Shown: piece after piece, positions 59,736 through 64,000 of the stretch
Numbering within the stretch: the first letter of the stretch is position 1
Layout of the letters: each line of letters opens with the position of its first letter
Source of the DNA: Phoronis australis
Lineage: Eukaryota > Animalia > Phoronida
NCBI GenBank assembly: GCA_002633005.1
Contig: NMRA01000308.1
Coordinates: forward strand, 352,455 to 416,454
Length of the DNA stretch: 64,000 nt
Direction: 5' to 3'
Made by a program: the position numbers and the translations under genes
Notes under the pieces: generated by a model
Databases searched by the model: none
The model's input: only the letters and a program-made list of their open reading frames with translations
Told to the model about the DNA's origin: nothing

Positions 59736-62634
59736 AAAAGTTGCCTCATCAGTGTTTTGGAAAACATGAAAACTTTTCAGTTCGTGTTTGTTTAATATTT
59801 AAGGAACATTACAAGTTTTGTGGATTTTGGGGCCTATACTACTTTCACAATAGCTGTAAAACAACAAAAATCCGTTGAATTAAAATACTGATTTGTTTAC
59901 AAATCATCAATTCTCACCGTTGTGTTCCTGACATTTACTGATATCGAGGCCAATGTCTTTACCGTTTAAGTACTCTTAAAATATTCTGCTGCATAGTGTT
60001 TGAGGTTTGCTCAACGACAGAGCTTTCAGTTGCTACTGTGGAACTAGCCAGCTAGTGTCTGCAGTACTACTGCTGATTTCTGACTATGATTTTTGAAATG
60101 TCTTGATAAATGTTTTGAAAAAGTCGTCCTCTGCCTTCTTTCGGAAATAGCCATTTGCATGTCCTTGGATGTAGGTACTCTGAACCACCTTTCGTGAGAG
60201 TGTGCTTCTTTTTCAGAGTTTCGTGTTGAAGTTGGCTGTGTTATAGAATAACTCTCAATGTCAAGTTTAACATTCAGATCTATGCAATTTTCCTGATGAT
60301 CTCTATTTCAGTATAGTTATGAGTTAGTGTTAAGCCCACATACTTTGAAGTTCAATTTAGATGTGTTAGGCTTTTGCCTGTGGCTCTGGCAGCTGCTCTA
60401 AGTCACAGTTATGACAGGTTTACTGTCAAGTCAGTGTTAAACTCTGTAATGAAATGTACCTTGGGCCATGCTACTTGTGCTTGTTTACCTGTCCATCTTC
60501 ATTAGTTATGCTATGTGCTTTTCCACCTACACAAAGGAGAAGACTTGAATTTGGTATCTGGAATTTTCTGCTTGTTATTGCCTAGATTCTGGGCAGACTT
60601 GAGAAGTTGTGTTAGTTTGTTATCTGTGGACATAAGACTTAAGACATCGTGGCTCTACAAAATGACTGCTGGGTTGAGAATTTCGATTTTACAGTTATGA
60701 CATGGAAAATCATATCAGTCGACTGCTTCGACCTGAAATCTAACTCGGTTGACCTTTGTCTCGTTTCATAAAAAGTGACTGAAGACTTCAGGCCAAAAAT
60801 TTGTCTAAGTTAAGACCAAAGACGTAAATCCAGAAAAGACCAAACCGTTTCATGAACACTAAGTTGTTTTTTTTACATAAGTGTACATAAAAACTATGCT
60901 TTAGCCACCACTTTAGGAATTCACAAAACTTTGATAAACAGGTAGAGTGTGAAATACAGTTTCAGGAATCATCTTGGGCTTGAAACTTTGGAACACTTTG
61001 AATATAGACTGGCATCTCATTAACCTGTCAAAACACTGGTATGGCTGGAAAATATTTCACATGTGCATTTTCAATGCCCTTTCCAAAACACGGCACTCAA
61101 TTTTAATACAGGAAGCTGTTTCCGTTTCTCATTGTTCCAAAGCCATGGGTCTGCTTCATGAAGTCTTTATCTTTACTTAGACCAACATTGAGCTAACTTG
61201 GGACTAAAATGCCTTGGCACATTTTATGAAATTTCTCTAGGCCAAAATTTAGACTGAGTAGGTTTGTACTTTTGAGATAAATGACCAAAATTACTGTGTA
61301 GAGACAAATTTTGGTGATATTTTTCGCAATATAACTGTGAACAATGTCAAATTGAAGATTGCCTGGTTTAGATTTGAGAAATGGCAAAACACCGTAAACT
61401 CGTAGAGACAACTTTGAAAACAGCACCATTATCAGCAATTTTAAGAACTATTTTTCGACTTGGAATTTTTTGGATGTCAAAATAGTCAACCTGGGAATTT
61501 TACCTGTGTTGAATGCTGAACCTTAGCTTTGACATGCATGTGTTCTAATCAAGAACCTTTATTGTACAGTGGAGTGAGCAAAGACTGAAAATATTTATTA
61601 CACGGTAAGAACGAATGTGCTCAGTTATTTAGAGTTTGTTTGGTGAGGCGAGCAATCAAAAGTCTGTTAGAGAAAGCTTGCAATTTCAAATGTTCCTGTT
61701 TGCTTGGGTCAGATTTCCTTGTACTGTTCACTAATGTATGTGATTCTTCAATTGATGCATCTTTGTGTTTGACTTACCTTGTAGTTATTTTGGTGTGGTA
61801 ATGCTCTAACTATACAATTTTGACCCTTTATGTTGCAAAGGTGAATTTTGTATCAATGCCAGTACACATTTGGCCTATTTCTCTCTCTGAGTCAGATGTT
61901 TGGATTTTAGAAGCAGGCTAGACAGTTAATGGATGGACAAGTATGTCTCATCTCTAAAGTATGTCTTGAACCCAACTTTACACATTTTCCTTTGGGCTTG
62001 AAGTGTGAATGGTTGTCATTTGTTTTCTGGGGAGACTTCAAGTGTTGGCAGATTCTTTGAAATTGACATTGTTATCAAGGGTCTGTGAGAGATTGCAGTA
62101 CATATTTATGAGAAATTGTGATAGTTTTCTATAAACAATAGTGTTGTATTTTGTGTTCTTATCAAAAGAACACAAGCCCACAAGCCATAATGCAGGAGAT
62201 TTGATCATTGGCACCACTTCTTTGATTCGCTCATTTACTGGTTGGTACCTCAGTACTTGTTGACCTCCAGCTACATACTGTAATACAGTGTTCACCCATA
62301 ATGCCCCATCTGAATTCATGTGTGAATTCTTGTCAGACGGCTGCGCTAATAATAGTAACTGGGAATCACTGGGAATGTCTTAGTTGGTTGTGTTTTGTTC
62401 TCTTCACCCTGTAAAGGGGTATTCTGGCTTGTCTGTTTTGATTGTGGTGGTGGAGGTTGATTTAATTGATTTAGCATAGTGTAACATACAGACAGAGTAG
62501 GCTGGGACTGCTTGGTATCTCCTCATCAACATACAGACAGAGTAGGCTGGGACAGCTTGATATCTCCTCATCAAAATTCTTCAGCTGTGGTACATGTGAT
62601 TCAACACCACTTCTTACATGATTAAAAAAGACTG

Positions 62635-64000
62635 TTGCTCTTCCACTAAGTTTGTTACTTGGTGAAATAAATTTCGCCAAGTATGTTGCTCTTCCACTAA
62701 GTTTTTTTTTTACTTGGCAAAATAAATTTCGCCAAGTATGTTGCTCTTCCACTAAGTTTGTTACTAGGCGAAATAAATTTCGCCAAGTATATTGCTCTGA
62801 CACTATGTTTGTTTTTTTTTTTTTNTTTTTTTTTTTTTTTTTTTTTTTTTTGTTCGCACGATACAGGTCGCAATTTTCGTCCGATCATCACGAAATTTAC
62901 AATACGTACTTCCGGAAATACTGGAAGCCTATTGTTTTTCGTCAAAATCGGATCCAAGAGGGCGGCTGTGGCGGCCATGTTGTTTTCATTTAAAGGTTCA
63001 AATGCTTCTGGAGGCTACAATTTTTTACGTAAAAGGCTAAGAATCGGCACAGTAAGAGGACCGGAAGTTTGCTACAAGCATACCGGAAATTGTTTACTTC
63101 CGATTAAAGATGGCGGAAATATCGGCAATCGCGCATGCGCACCTCAATTTTGGCCTAAAAACGTTTTCTCCTGTAGAGGGCGCACTATAAGGCCAATTCC
63201 TTTGAAGTTTTACGGATAGTAGTTTTTTGTGAAATGCTATTATATCAACCCAAAAAACCGGAAGTTGCATTCAAGATGGCGGATCTTGTGCATGTTGACC
63301 TATTTTCAGTCGTACGTAGATGCTTTTTAAACGGGTGAAGGAAAAGACGTGCATTTTGCATATGGATTCTCTAAGGTATACTCTTTCAAATGAACTGTAA
63401 CAATTTTTTTCTCAGACTTACCGTTTTCGAGTTATTTGACTTTGAATTTCTTAAAAAAAAACGCAAAATTTCATTTTTTTCGAAAAATTTACGGAATTAT
63501 CCGATACCATCACTTTAGATAGAACTTTGAACGGGCTTTCAGAAGATGCTTTTAATTTTTCTCTACGATGTCTACTTTTTGAGTTATTTGAGATTTTCTG
63601 ATAACGCTGTTCCTTTGTTGAGCGCTCTTGCTGCATTCAGGTTGGTATATCCTCTTTTGAACTAGACTGTATCCTATTTCTTATTGATTTATGACATCTA
63701 AGTTCGTCATATGAATGTTGTGATGTTGTTCATCATCGCCACCACCATCATCATATTCGTCATCATCTTCGTCATCTTCGTCATCATCTCCGTCGTTGTC
63801 TTTTCCGTTAATTTCGCCAAGTGTCGCACAAGACTGTAGCCTTTTTCTTACTGATTTCGGACCTCTACGTTCGCCATGAGTATGTTATTAATACTTCTTT
63901 TTTTCACCATCGTCGTCATATTCGTCATCTTTGTCATCATCTTTATCGTCATCTTTTTGGTTAATTTCGCCAAGGTTCGCTCCTCGGAGCGCTTTCATTT
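62635..64000 (+). mobile_element. Helentron/HINE-like element with triplicated 5' end
   Basis: 5' CTTGGCGAAA-TAAA-TTTCGCCAAG inverted motif (three tandem copies, 62635-62800); 3' TTTCGCCAAG followed by the hairpin CGCTCC-TC-GGAGCG (63978-63991) and a T-rich end. Confidence 0.7.

Noticed and set aside
62652-63219. Poly-Phe / poly-Lys ORFs
   Set aside because: Derived from a poly-T tract containing an N inside a HINE-like repeat
55477-64000. FMR1 exon 3 (expected WQPxRQIPF-like peptide)
   Set aside because: No acceptor with a matching phase-2 peptide was found by eye; it probably lies beyond the window

Overview
This is AT-rich, intron- and repeat-rich animal (invertebrate-type) nuclear DNA, not prokaryotic. 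(1) A complete 20-exon WDR44/Rabphilin-11 gene lies on the minus strand (CDS 52204->28637, about 944 aa, all splice phases consistent). (2) It sits head-to-head, 302 bp ATG-to-ATG, with the first two coding exons of an FMR1/FXR-family gene on the plus strand. (3) A small two-coding-exon gene missed by the ORF track encodes a 70-aa N/Q/G/S/H-rich peptide made of two YxGTGxKADLxxHSNQxNPN repeats, with a candidate TATA/Inr promoter and a perfect GTCACGTGAC E-box. (4) The left 14 kb is a graveyard of mobile DNA: two decayed Polinton/Maverick-type protein-primed polB copies (one internally inverted), a MULE transposase relic, a LINE 3' end, a 2.7-kb palindromic 81-bp satellite and a pair of 539-bp MITEs. 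(5) An internally deleted Kolobok-type transposon (TTAA TSD, long TIRs) retains a THAP/transposase 5' part and a convergent P2X7-ballast-like Cys-rich ORF. (6) There are many MITEs, Helentron-associated (HINE-like) elements and intronic minisatellites. All calls come from reading and hand-translating the sequence; no database searches were run.
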